Shown here piece after piece: positions 8,892 to 18,992 of a stretch of 64,000 nucleotides of DNA. The position numbers and the translations under genes are program-made. Below the pieces are notes generated by a model. It ran no database searches. It was given only the letters and a program-made list of their open reading frames with translations, and was not told the origin of the DNA. Every line of letters starts with the position of its first letter. Position 1 is the first letter of the stretch. Origin of the DNA: Candidatus Poribacteria bacterium (GTDB lineage Bacteria; Poribacteria; WGA-4E; WGA-3G); the NCBI GenBank assembly GCA_965198235.1, contig OZ240248.1:2880001-2944000 (forward strand), given 5' to 3'.

Positions 8892-10529
8892 ATGAAAAAG
8901 CGAAACCCATTCCACAAACACTGGATTTCCGAAAAAATTAGTTCCTTGTTTCCACGCACAAGGCATTATCGGCAGAGCCTGTTTTATATACTGATTTTTG
9001 GAGTCCTCCTGTCGGGCTGTTCGGGCTTGCTCGATAAAGATGTCGTTCCGATGCAGCACGCCGCCGCGGAATTGGCTTTTGAGCAGCATAAAGTTGTCAC
9101 CGGGATAGCGAAACACCAAACTGTTTTAACAGGATTCCTGCTCGGTGGTGCTATCGCGGATCTTGCTGTGGTAAGTATTGACGAAAACAATGACCGATAC
9201 CTACATATCTATGCGTGCAACGACGGCACTTGGGTATCGAGAATAGACACAGCGTTGCGTCCCGAAGTCTTGCTCGTTGATGTTGCAAATATCGATGGAC
9301 GTGACCGCTTGATCACGTACGAGCACGGTAAACTGAATTGGTTCGATCCCGAATCGGCGACGGAACATGTGCTGGTGACAGTTCCTTCCATGGTGCCACC
9401 TCCCAGCGACGCCATCCCTCACGTAGACATCACTCACGACGTGAACGCTGATGCCCGTGACGATCTGGTAATACCGGATTCTGACGGCTTCTGGGTGTTC
9501 ATTCAGACGAAAAATAGAGGGTTCACCGATCCAGTGAAACTCGGTCCGCCCACTGAGGTAAATAGAATCTACGATGCCGATGAATATCGACACACGCCGT
9601 GGAATAAAAGCCGTATCCATCAAATGGACTACAACCGAGATGGACAAAATGATCTGGTGTTCTGGAACGCAGACCACTTTGAGGTTCATTACCAAGACGA
9701 GCATGGACTTTTTGCACCAAATGCCAAAACCTTCACAACAGATGTGGCGTTCGATGCCGACGAACTCGCATCGCTCGCTGCACCATACGGCGTTCGTCGA
9801 CGGCGCAGGGATCATCAACCGACCGGAAATCTGACAGGAAGGGTTCTACACGCCTTAACCGACATGAACGGCGACGGCATCGCCGACCTTGGTGTTTTCT
9901 CGCTGAAGGGAGGTGGCCTATGGCACATGCACTCCACCTACGAGGTGCATTTCGGCACGCCGACACCGGATGGCGGCGTTACCTTCGCTTCGGAGGTCAG
10001 CACTGCACTTCAGGTGGACGGCATTCCGTTCACGATGGAACAGCATGACTTGAACCACGACGGGCAGGTCGACATGATGTTCACCACCATCAAACCGCGT
10101 ATCTTCAAAGTTATCGGTATGATTATCGGATCAGTTCTGACGGGTTCCGGGTCGCTGGATCTTGAGTTCTACGGCATGGCGGGCGACATCTATCCTGACA
10201 AGCCGAGCACGACCCGAAAAATCAAATCGTACCCCCCCAGTGAAACAGGTGGAAGAACTGCGTTCTCGTTTGTGCTGATCGGGGATGTCAACGGCGACAA
10301 ACGTTTGGATATGTTAGTGAAGCACGAACCGAAAGAACTCCGCGTCTTTACCGGCGTATCCGGACCACACCTGTTCAATCGAAAACCTCAAAAGGTGGCA
10401 GTAGCCATCCCCAACAACGAAAAATATACTTGGTTAGTAGACATCAATCAGGACGGTAAACAGGATCTTCTCATGTACCACCCGTCCACCACTAAGTCAC
10501 ATTGGATAACACTGCTAATTGCTCAATAA
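8892..10529 (+). CDS. FG-GAP/VCBS repeat lipoprotein, paralogue 2
   Basis: Lipobox LLSGC; DVNADARDDL, DMNGDGIADL, DVNGDKRLDM repeats; AGGAG RBS before 8892. Confidence 0.85.
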   Translation: MKKRNPFHKHWISEKISSLFPRTRHYRQSLFYILIFGVLLSGCSGLLDKDVVPMQHAAAELAFEQHKVVTGIAKHQTVLTGFLLGGAIADLAVVSIDENNDRYLHIYACNDGTWVSRIDTALRPEVLLVDVANIDGRDRLITYEHGKLNWFDPESATEHVLVTVPSMVPPPSDAIPHVDITHDVNADARDDLVIPDSDGFWVFIQTKNRGFTDPVKLGPPTEVNRIYDADEYRHTPWNKSRIHQMDYNRDGQNDLVFWNADHFEVHYQDEHGLFAPNAKTFTTDVAFDADELASLAAPYGVRRRRRDHQPTGNLTGRVLHALTDMNGDGIADLGVFSLKGGGLWHMHSTYEVHFGTPTPDGGVTFASEVSTALQVDGIPFTMEQHDLNHDGQVDMMFTTIKPRIFKVIGMIIGSVLTGSGSLDLEFYGMAGDIYPDKPSTTRKIKSYPPSETGGRTAFSFVLIGDVNGDKRLDMLVKHEPKELRVFTGVSGPHLFNRKPQKVAVAIPNNEKYTWLVDINQDGKQDLLMYHPSTTKSHWITLLIAQ

Positions 10530-10547
10530 GCAAAAAGGAGAACAATA

Positions 10548-11084
10548 ATGATACGCTCAATTTTTTGCCTGATTTGTATCTTTTTAGGGGTAACCCTCAG
10601 TTTCCCAGTTCAGGCACAAGGAACTGACCTCACCAAAAATTTCGGTATTGGACTCCAGGGAACCACCCCTGAATTTGGTGGAATTAGTTTTCGCTATACC
10701 GGACTCGCACCCGTATACCTTCAAACCGTTGGACGTTTTATCCTCAACGATCAGAATAGCGACCACATGTTAGGTGCCGGCATTTCGTATGCTATATTTG
10801 AGCACCAAAGCAGGTGGAACCTATCCCGACTCTATTTCACCTTAGAAGGTGCCTGGCGATATGAAAAAAAGCAAGATCTGGACCTGGGACAAGAACTGAC
10901 CAAATCCACGACCCTCGGAGCAGGACTCGCTTTTGGAGGTGAGCTTGTGTTTTCACTCGGAGGGATCCCTCTCGGCTTGAATGTAGAAGTCGGTCAAGGG
11001 TTTGGTAGGGAAAAAACCAGCTCTCAAGATCGAAGAAAACTCGCTGGTGTTTACATAGGCGGGGGCATACATGCCTACTTTTAA
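10548..11084 (+). CDS. Small outer-membrane beta-barrel protein, copy 1
   Basis: Signal peptide, alternating amphipathic Gly/aromatic strands, terminal IHAYF beta-signal. Confidence 0.7.
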   Translation: MIRSIFCLICIFLGVTLSFPVQAQGTDLTKNFGIGLQGTTPEFGGISFRYTGLAPVYLQTVGRFILNDQNSDHMLGAGISYAIFEHQSRWNLSRLYFTLEGAWRYEKKQDLDLGQELTKSTTLGAGLAFGGELVFSLGGIPLGLNVEVGQGFGREKTSSQDRRKLAGVYIGGGIHAYF

Positions 11085-12732
11085 AATCCCTTTTGACGTA
11101 GCTTGCAAGCCAAAACTTGCTATTAAAAGTCAGTGCCTGTTCTCCATACTGGTTTTTAGTGTATTCCTGTCGGGATGCTCGGGACTGATCGGCGAAGAGG
11201 TTGAGCTCATGATGCCTGCCGCCGCGGAATTCACTTTCGAGCAGCACGAGGTCGTCACCGGCGCAGCACAACACCAGACCGTTTTGACGGGGTTCTTCCT
11301 TGATGGTGCTGTCGCAGAACTTGCCGTGATAAACGTCGACGAGAACGGCGACCGTCGCTTGTGCATCTACGCATTTGACGATAGCACCTGGGTGCCGAGA
11401 CTCGATGCAACGCTGCGTCCGCAAGTGCTGTTCGTTGACGTAGCCAACATCGGTGGACGCGACCGACTGATGACGTACGAGCGCGGCCGTCTGAACTGGT
11501 TCGATCCCGAATCGGCGACGGAACGCGCGCTGGTGGAAGTCGCTACGAACTACAACGCGGCGGACGAGGACGAAATCCCTCAGATTGACATCACCCGAGA
11601 CGTAAACCGCGACGGTCGTGACGACCTGGTGGTGCCGGATGTCAATGGGTTCTGGATATCCACGCAATTGCGCAACGGCTCGTTCACCGAGCCAGTAAAA
11701 CTCGGTCCTCCCGAACCATTTTTCGACGAGATTGCCTTGGATGATACGCGCAGCTACGGCGAGATCGGTATAACTGCCTTGACCATCCCTTGGTATCTGA
11801 GTCGTGTCCACGAGATGGACTACGATCAGGACGGGCGCAGCGATCTCATGTTCTGGAACAAGGACCATTTCGACGTTTATCGCCAAGATGCTAACGGGAT
11901 GTTTTCTCCAGTGGCAGAGACCTTCACTGTCAACATCCCATTCGATGCTGATGGTGTTTACTCAATCGCCTTCGGATTCAGCGGCGAGAGCGCGTTCTCG
12001 CTCATCTTTGGATTCAGAGAAAACACGAAGCTGACAGTGCTGCACTCGTTCCGCGACGTGAATGGCGATGGTGTCACTGACTTGGTGATCCTCTCGCTGG
12101 AGGGACGAAGCCTACTGAACCAGCGCAGCCTATATGAGGTGCATTTCGGCACACCAACACCCGACGGCATCTTGTTCGCACGGGAGGTTAGCACGGTGAT
12201 CCAACCGCAAGGAACCGGTGGTGCGTTGCAGTACTCGGGATATTCGTCCGTGTGGTTCCAGGATTTCGATGGGGATGGCCAGGCCGACATTATATTCAGA
12301 GACGTAAACATAGGTGTTGGGGGGATAATGCGTGCGCTTCTCGGCAATTCCGTCATGATAGATGTTGAGTTCTATCGCATCGAAGACGGCATCTACCCCA
12401 ACAAGCCAACTACCACGCATAAAATCAGACCCGCCATCAACCCCTTTGACAAACAAAACATATTCTTATCACCGGTACTGATGGGAGATGTGAACGGCGA
12501 CAGACGCTTGGACCTGCTGGTGGGGAAGAGTCGGGAAGAACTGCAAGTCTTTATCGGTGTACCTGGGCCCGACCTGTTGGCGCGGCAGCCCAAAAAGGTC
12601 GCAGTCACCTTGCCTATGGACGAACGGAATACCCAGCTGGTGGACCTCAACAAGGACAACAAGCAGGACATCCTCATGTATCATCCGTCTACTACTGATT
12701 CGCACCGAGTGACACTACTACTCGCTCAATAA
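11071..12732 (+). CDS. FG-GAP/VCBS repeat lipoprotein, paralogue 3
   Basis: Lipobox FLSGC, FG-GAP repeats; start uncertain (ATG overlaps upstream gene end). Confidence 0.8.
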   Translation: MPTFKIPFDVACKPKLAIKSQCLFSILVFSVFLSGCSGLIGEEVELMMPAAAEFTFEQHEVVTGAAQHQTVLTGFFLDGAVAELAVINVDENGDRRLCIYAFDDSTWVPRLDATLRPQVLFVDVANIGGRDRLMTYERGRLNWFDPESATERALVEVATNYNAADEDEIPQIDITRDVNRDGRDDLVVPDVNGFWISTQLRNGSFTEPVKLGPPEPFFDEIALDDTRSYGEIGITALTIPWYLSRVHEMDYDQDGRSDLMFWNKDHFDVYRQDANGMFSPVAETFTVNIPFDADGVYSIAFGFSGESAFSLIFGFRENTKLTVLHSFRDVNGDGVTDLVILSLEGRSLLNQRSLYEVHFGTPTPDGILFAREVSTVIQPQGTGGALQYSGYSSVWFQDFDGDGQADIIFRDVNIGVGGIMRALLGNSVMIDVEFYRIEDGIYPNKPTTTHKIRPAINPFDKQNIFLSPVLMGDVNGDRRLDLLVGKSREELQVFIGVPGPDLLARQPKKVAVTLPMDERNTQLVDLNKDNKQDILMYHPSTTDSHRVTLLLAQ

Positions 12733-12750
12733 ACAAAAGGGAGAAAAATA

Positions 12751-13266
12751 ATGATACGCTCAATTTTTTGCCTGATTTGTATCTTTTTAGGGATCACCCT
12801 CAGTTTTTCAACTCAGGCGCAAGCAGCTGATCTCACTAAAAATTTTGGTGTTGGACTTCAGGGCGCAACCCCCACATTTGGCGGAATTAGTTTCCGCTAT
12901 ACCGGACTCGCACCTGTATATCTTCAAACGGTTGGACGTTTTATCCTCAGCGATCAGAATAGCGACCACATGTTAGGTGCCGGCATTTCGTATGCCATAT
13001 TTGAGCACCAAAGCAGGTGGAACCTATCCCGACTCTATTTCACCTTAGAAGGTGGTTGGCAATTTAAAGAAGAACGGGATATCCTTACCACGACGTTGGG
13101 AGCCGGCATCGCTTTCGGCGGTGAACTTGTGTTTTCTTTTGGAGGCATCCCTTTGGGTTTGAACGTAGAAGCCGGTCAAGGGTTTGGTCGGGAAAAAACC
13201 GGCTTTCAAGATCGAAGAAAACTCGCTGGTGTTTACATAGGCGGGGGCATACACGCCTATTTTTAA
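12751..13266 (+). CDS. Small outer-membrane beta-barrel protein, copy 2
   Basis: Near-identical to 10548-11084 except one loop; ends IHAYF. Confidence 0.7.
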   Translation: MIRSIFCLICIFLGITLSFSTQAQAADLTKNFGVGLQGATPTFGGISFRYTGLAPVYLQTVGRFILSDQNSDHMLGAGISYAIFEHQSRWNLSRLYFTLEGGWQFKEERDILTTTLGAGIAFGGELVFSFGGIPLGLNVEAGQGFGREKTGFQDRRKLAGVYIGGGIHAYF

Positions 13267-13296
13267 CGTGAGTCCGATATAAGAAATAGTAGGGCT

Positions 13297-13627
13297 ATTA
13301 GGACTTACGCAATATTGATAGAAATCGAGAGATTCTCGACCTGTCGTCTTATGGAATAGGGTCATAAACTTGACTCATCAAATTTTCATAGCAAACTTCA
13401 TAACAACCTTTGACGAAAACCGCCCAAAACCCAAGCGTGGTATGGATTTATAGCCTTCCGTCAAACCGAATGATTTCTCCGTTTTGCTATGAAAACTATG
13501 AAATTATATGGAATTTACGCAAACTTCCTTGGTTTGCTTGCGAGATTGGAAAATTCAAAGATTCAAAGCGTAGCGGAGGTTTCCATCCTTTCAACCTTCA
13601 ATATCTGTTTTGTGCGTAAGTCCTAAT
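13297..13627. mobile_element. Putative 331-bp MITE containing a nested repeat
   Basis: Perfect 15-bp TIR ATTAGGACTTACGCA/TGCGTAAGTCCTAAT; inner IR TTTTCATAGCAAA (13383-13395)/TTTGCTATGAAAA (13483-13495). Confidence 0.7.
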
Positions 13628-13892
13628 TTATATAACTCTACTGATATTGCTGACTGCTGATTGCTGAAAACTGAATGCCTCTGAAGAAATAGAGGATTCC
13701 ATAGTAGAAAGAAACTCTCTGTGGTATAATGAGGTAAGTAAAACCTTTTCCGTTAACTTCTATACCGTTAACTCGGATTCACGATATTTTTAAATTTCTC
13801 TACCGATACGAATAGAAAAGCGATTAACCTATCAAAGCAGATTGGAGCAACCATGAAAAACTTAAATACCCGAATTTTCCAGAGGTCTAACT

Positions 13893-14777
13893 ATGAACGT
13901 TTTGACCGGTAAAACCGCATTCATCACAGGTGGTGCTCAAGGAATCGGCTTGGGGATCGCTAAAGCCTGCCTGAAAGAAGGGATGCGGGTGGTGATCGCA
14001 GATGTTAAGACTGAGCAACTCAAAGTAGCGGAATCAACTCTGGACAGCCCAGGAAATGTCCTCGCTATCCAACTTGATGTGCGTGATCGGGACGCGATGG
14101 AAGCCGCAGCGGACAAAACAGAGGCAGTGTTTGAAAAAGTGCATGTCGTTTGCAACAACGCCGGCATTGGTCCTGGGGGACCCGTGGTGTCGGTTACATG
14201 GGAAAATTGGCACCGGACGATGGACACGAACCTGCACGGCATATTAAACGGGGTGCAGGTATTCGTCCCACGGATAGCGCGGCATGGGGAAGGTGGACAC
14301 ATCGTCAACACCGCCTCTATCACAGGGTTCGCACAACAGGGACGTGGCGTTCCCTACGGGATCAGCAAAGCCGGGGTCATCGCGTTGACCGAAGTGCTGC
14401 GTGCGGAGTTAGCAAACGAACATGCTAAGGATCGTTGGCAAAACATGTACGGTGCCGGAACTGACCGATGGGCTGGGGACGCACCACCGAAGTCGCTCAT
14501 TTCCGCTTCTGTGCTCTGCCCTGATGCCGTGGATACAGAACTCTCGGTCTTTCACACGAACCCAAAAGATGACGAAGCCACCCGACAACGGAAAATCCAA
14601 TGGCTGAAACGTTTGGACATCCAGCTAATCAAGCCCGATCTGGTCGGTGAACAGGTGGTAAACGGCATTCGCAATGATGAACTTTACATCTTTTGTGATG
14701 GATACGGATCTCGCAGATTGGTTAGGCGGCGCACACAGGCGATGTTGGATGCGTTTGACCGACAGTTCCCTGAATAG
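13893..14777 (+). CDS. SDR family oxidoreductase
   Basis: TGGAQGIG, NNAG, YGISK catalytic motif. Confidence 0.92.
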   Translation: MNVLTGKTAFITGGAQGIGLGIAKACLKEGMRVVIADVKTEQLKVAESTLDSPGNVLAIQLDVRDRDAMEAAADKTEAVFEKVHVVCNNAGIGPGGPVVSVTWENWHRTMDTNLHGILNGVQVFVPRIARHGEGGHIVNTASITGFAQQGRGVPYGISKAGVIALTEVLRAELANEHAKDRWQNMYGAGTDRWAGDAPPKSLISASVLCPDAVDTELSVFHTNPKDDEATRQRKIQWLKRLDIQLIKPDLVGEQVVNGIRNDELYIFCDGYGSRRLVRRRTQAMLDAFDRQFPE

Positions 14778-14795
14778 CGTTGCGTTCACACCCAT

Positions 14796-15686
14796 TCAAT
14801 CCAATTTACGATGCGCTGCCTCCCACTCTTCCCACGTCGGTTTACGCCCTTCAGTGAGAACGACAAGCGGCACTCTACTGCCCCTCAGAGCTTTAGTGTT
14901 CACGAATTCGGCGGCTTCACGCGCTTCGGTAGTCAAGTCAGCCGGGTCAGGCGTGGGAAAGTAGCGGAAGTCGATGCTCCAACGGGATTTCCGCGTTGTG
15001 TTCACTTTGCTGGTATGTACGCAAAGGTTCGACATAAACAGCGCACCACCAGGTTTCAGAGGAACAGGCACTGGCGTGCCACGCGCTTCAACATCCTCCT
15101 CCATCCGGACGTTTGAATCCGCACCTCGTGCACCGTCGAGTAAACCCCAACGGTGACTACCCGGGATGACCCAGCAACATCCATTTTCGACCGTCGCTTC
15201 CACCAGCGGCACCCATACCGTAACCATGTGGAGATCGCCTGTGTGCTTCTCTTTTTTTCCGATAGTTGACTGGTCGAGATATTGACTGTCTTGGTGCCAT
15301 GGGAACGAGGTAATCACGCTTCCGGGGAGTTTCGTTCGTAATGCCGGGGTGCCGATATTCGAGACTTCAGGACCCAAGAGAAGGCGAAGCACGTCCAAAA
15401 CACCGGGCAGGTTATAGAGATCGTAAAACTCACGTCCATACATACCAAAAATCCAGTTGCGAGGCAATATATCCAACTCTTCGCAGATAGCAGCATATCG
15501 CCGCTCAAAGGATTCGTCTTCATACCGCGACGATAGCTTCCCTTCACTATACAACTCACGGCTATGCGTATCAACCTTCGCCTTGATAAAGTCGCGAATC
15601 GGCTCTAAATCTCGATCATCAATAAGGTCTCTGACCACAACGTAACCATCACGTTCATAAGAGGTTCTGATTTCCTGATCTGTCAT
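14796..15686 (-). CDS. PhyH-family Fe/2OG dioxygenase
   Basis: PWHQD, ENGC, IPGSH, VHTS...R motifs. Confidence 0.9.
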   Translation of the reverse strand: MTDQEIRTSYERDGYVVVRDLIDDRDLEPIRDFIKAKVDTHSRELYSEGKLSSRYEDESFERRYAAICEELDILPRNWIFGMYGREFYDLYNLPGVLDVLRLLLGPEVSNIGTPALRTKLPGSVITSFPWHQDSQYLDQSTIGKKEKHTGDLHMVTVWVPLVEATVENGCCWVIPGSHRWGLLDGARGADSNVRMEEDVEARGTPVPVPLKPGGALFMSNLCVHTSKVNTTRKSRWSIDFRYFPTPDPADLTTEAREAAEFVNTKALRGSRVPLVVLTEGRKPTWEEWEAAHRKLD

Positions 15687-15813
15687 CAGTTATTCTCCTT
15701 CCGTCGTTGTTGCGCAATCTCAAGAGATATGCTATCATGAATGCTTAGTGTACGCAATATAATTGAACTTTTCCAACCAACGCACGTCCGAAAACCGTTC
15801 GGGAGATAATTTG

Positions 15814-16563
15814 GTGAACACAACACGTAAGATTGTCGCAATCGGTGGTGGAGAACTTAAAATGCTGGAAACCGCCGACATTGACAAACGCATCATTGAG
15901 TTGACCGGCAAAACACGACCAAAGGCACTCTTTATTCCAACTGCCAGTGGTGACGCTCCTGGATATGTGGATACCTTTGAGACGTACTACGGCGAGCACT
16001 TCGGGTGTCAAACGCTCACCCTCAACCTGATTCAAAGTCCTCCGACGTTTGAGAAGATGTCGGCATTGGTATTGGATTCAGATCTGATTTATGTCGGTGG
16101 TGGAAATACCTATAGGATGATGAAAATATGGCGACGGTTGGGGTTGGACACTGTGTTAGCGGAAGCAACATCCCGCGGTATTGTCCTGTCGGGGCTCAGT
16201 GCAGGTGCGATCTGCTGGTTCAAATGCGGTTGCAGTGATTCTCGTTCCTTCTCCAGCAACTTAGAGTGGGACTATATCCGTGTGAGTGGGTTGGGATTCA
16301 TCAATGCTGTATACTGTCCTCATTATCACAGCGAGAAGAGGGAAGATGCCTTTTCAAAGATGATTGCAAAACGGGGTGGTATCGGAATTGCCTGCGATAA
16401 CAACGCCGCAATTGAGATTGTTGGAAACCATTACCGCGTACTTACCTCTGATCCGAATGCAAAGGCATACAAACTCTTCAAGCGGAACGGGCGCGCCGTT
16501 ATTGCGGAATTACCTCGAAACAGTCAATACAGCTCCTTAGCCAACCTCTTGAAGCGGAGATAA
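15814..16563 (+). CDS. Peptidase S51 (peptidase E-like)
   Basis: IVAIGGG, FIPTAS, YVGGGNT, GLSAGA nucleophile elbow, PHY; GTG start after GGGAG. Confidence 0.88.
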   Translation: MNTTRKIVAIGGGELKMLETADIDKRIIELTGKTRPKALFIPTASGDAPGYVDTFETYYGEHFGCQTLTLNLIQSPPTFEKMSALVLDSDLIYVGGGNTYRMMKIWRRLGLDTVLAEATSRGIVLSGLSAGAICWFKCGCSDSRSFSSNLEWDYIRVSGLGFINAVYCPHYHSEKREDAFSKMIAKRGGIGIACDNNAAIEIVGNHYRVLTSDPNAKAYKLFKRNGRAVIAELPRNSQYSSLANLLKRR

Positions 16564-16694
16564 TATCAAATTTCTTTGGATTATAACTGTCGGGCTATTC
16601 AGTTCTTCTGTAGGAGGGAATTCCGATTCCCGACACCTCACTGTAACACCTATTGATTCTTTTAACCGATTTCATACACAAAGAGGAAGCAAAC

Positions 16695-17828
16695 ATGAAA
16701 ATTACCGATGTAAAAGCGATGACACTAAAGGGATACAAACAGTGGAACTACGTCCAGATCGAAACTGACGACGGGTTGACAGGTATAGGTGAGGCGCATC
16801 CTGGGGCAGGAATCGCCGAAATTATCCTGCAATTCAAGAAGACGCTCGTCGGCGCAGATCCAAGAAATATAGAACCCCTCTACCACCGAATGATTGGTGC
16901 AGCGAGCAATCGATACGCAATGGGTTTATCGGCTATCGGTGGGATAGAAACAGCACTGTGGGATCTGCTTGGAAAGAGCCTTGGCGTGCCGGTCTATCAA
17001 CTGTTAGGTGGAAAATATCGAGACCGTATCCGACTCTATGCCGATGTCGGACACGGAAAAGGGAACACACCTGAAGGTTGGGCGCAGCGAGCCAAGGAAG
17101 GCGTTGCAGACGGGTACCAAGCAATCAAGTTCGACATCGATAACTCCGCAAACGAACTCAAGCAGGATGTGGTCAATCGGGAACTCAGTACAGCGGAATT
17201 ACAGAAAATGACATCGTTGGTCGCCGCCGCACGAGAAGCCGCTGGCGATGGAATCGACATCAGTATCGACTGTCATAGCCTATTCAGCACCCACTCAGCG
17301 ATGAAACTTGCTGAACGCTTGGAGCCGTTCGATTTAATGTTTTTGGAAGACCCAGTACCGAATGATAACGTCGAAGCGATGGCGAAGGTTAGTTCCGCCA
17401 CTTCTATTCCCATCTGTACCGGCGAATTCCTGTTCCGACGAGACGGCTTCAGGGAACTAATCCAGACCCAAGCCTGTGATATGCTACATGTCGATGTGTC
17501 TGGAACAGGCGGGATACTTGAAGCGAAGAAGATTGCAGATCTGGCAGACCTCTATTATATCCCGTTTGCTGCGCACAACATCACATCGCCAATCGGAATG
17601 ACAGCGACAGCACACGTTTGTGCCGCCGTACGGAATTTCATCGTCATGGAACTCCCATATCACGCCGATCAAGTTGAGTGGCGGTGGGATCTCGCAATTT
17701 CCGACGAACCGCTTATGCAAGATAGCGCATTTGTGCTGCCAGAGCGACCCGGATTGGGTGTCGAAATCAACGCAGACGTTGCAAGAGAACATCTCATGCC
17801 TGGGTCTGACCATTTTGGCATCGCCTAA
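16695..17828 (+). CDS. Mandelate racemase/muconate lactonizing family dehydratase
   Basis: GLTGIGE, ALWDLLGKSLGVPVYQLLGG, KFD, EDP, TGE, PGLG. Confidence 0.92.
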   Translation: MKITDVKAMTLKGYKQWNYVQIETDDGLTGIGEAHPGAGIAEIILQFKKTLVGADPRNIEPLYHRMIGAASNRYAMGLSAIGGIETALWDLLGKSLGVPVYQLLGGKYRDRIRLYADVGHGKGNTPEGWAQRAKEGVADGYQAIKFDIDNSANELKQDVVNRELSTAELQKMTSLVAAAREAAGDGIDISIDCHSLFSTHSAMKLAERLEPFDLMFLEDPVPNDNVEAMAKVSSATSIPICTGEFLFRRDGFRELIQTQACDMLHVDVSGTGGILEAKKIADLADLYYIPFAAHNITSPIGMTATAHVCAAVRNFIVMELPYHADQVEWRWDLAISDEPLMQDSAFVLPERPGLGVEINADVAREHLMPGSDHFGIA

Positions 17829-17926
17829 ATTTCAGCAACAGGTGTACTTTGGGCATACACCGCTTCTCAACTGGCGAGGGTTCCTGGGGGAAACACCCAA
17901 GCAAAAACACCTCGGCACTAATACGG

Positions 17927-18883
17927 TTACTGCTTGCTTTTGAGATTTCCCCAGAGTGTCACCAACTTTTCTTGTGGCAAAACCGCTAAGGGTATCGGCT
18001 GCCAAGCGGGACCCCTATTCCTTCCAGCCTGATTTTGAGTGAGATTGACAGGATTGGAACCGTCGTCATCCATTACATAGATGTCATCCTTACCTTCTCG
18101 GTCAGAAGTAAAAGCGATTTTTGTTCCATCTGGAGACCAGGCAGCCCGATCATCAAATGCGAATAGGTTGTGAGTCAGTTGAATGGTATTGGAGCCATCA
18201 GCATCCATCACATAGATTTCAAAATCACCATCTCGACCTGAAGTGAAGGCAATTCGCTTGCCATCTGGAGACCAGTCAGCACTCCTGTCCCATGGCTCCA
18301 GGTTTTTCGTCAGTTGAATCGGTCTGCCACCGCTAACTCCTATCACATAGATTTCACGATCACCGTCGCGGTCTGAGGTGAACGCTATTTTTGTCCCATC
18401 CGGAGACCAATCTGGGTGACGGTCTGCTTTTGGATGCCGTGAGATATTCGTGGGATTGGTACCATCCGCGCGCATGATATAGATCTCTTCGTTCCCTCGG
18501 TTTGAGCCGTAGACGATTTGCGTCCCATCCGGAGACCAGTCAGCACCAAAGTCGCCTGACGAATTTCGTGTGAGATTTATGCGATTTGTCCCATCAGCAT
18601 TTATCGCATAGATATCGTAAACGCCTTTTGGGTTCGAGGTAAAAGCGATGCGCTTACCGTCTGGAGACCAAGTAGGCCCGCTGTCTGCCGCCGGATTTTT
18701 AGTAAGTCTGACCGAGGCTCTTCCATTGGCATTCATCACATAGATTTCAGAATTACCATCTCGGTCTGAGGTAAAGGCGATTTTCATAGCAGCCGCCGGT
18801 ATCTGCTCTGCCAATACGATGAAAAGACCTACCAATACTGCTAAAAAACACTTCTGTAAACAGATAGGAAATGTCAACTTCAT
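17927..18883 (-). CDS. Secreted TolB-like (PD40 repeat) beta-propeller protein
   Basis: Repeated WSPDG.KIAFTS.RDG..EIYVM; C-terminal [15 protein letters not shown]. Confidence 0.9.
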   Translation of the reverse strand: MKLTFPICLQKCFLAVLVGLFIVLAEQIPAAAMKIAFTSDRDGNSEIYVMNANGRASVRLTKNPAADSGPTWSPDGKRIAFTSNPKGVYDIYAINADGTNRINLTRNSSGDFGADWSPDGTQIVYGSNRGNEEIYIMRADGTNPTNISRHPKADRHPDWSPDGTKIAFTSDRDGDREIYVIGVSGGRPIQLTKNLEPWDRSADWSPDGKRIAFTSGRDGDFEIYVMDADGSNTIQLTHNLFAFDDRAAWSPDGTKIAFTSDREGKDDIYVMDDDGSNPVNLTQNQAGRNRGPAWQPIPLAVLPQEKLVTLWGNLKSKQ

Positions 18884-18992
18884 AATTTACCTCGTTAGCG
18901 ATCTGAATGAAAACTTTTGAGAACCTTGTATGTTTTAACGTGCGTTGGGTATAAGGGTTTACACAGACGCTTGAGAAACGAGTATAGAAAAA

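Noticed and set aside
10837-11886. 349-aa minus-strand ORF and similar antisense ORFs over FG-GAP/CRTAC1 genes (9201-9818, 55731-56411)
   Set aside because: Shadow frames of Asp/Gly-rich repeat genes; no motifs or RBS
7056-12732. Diversity-generating retroelement acting on FG-GAP paralogues
   Set aside because: No reverse transcriptase and no adenine-specific TR/VR pair; differences are ordinary paralogue divergence
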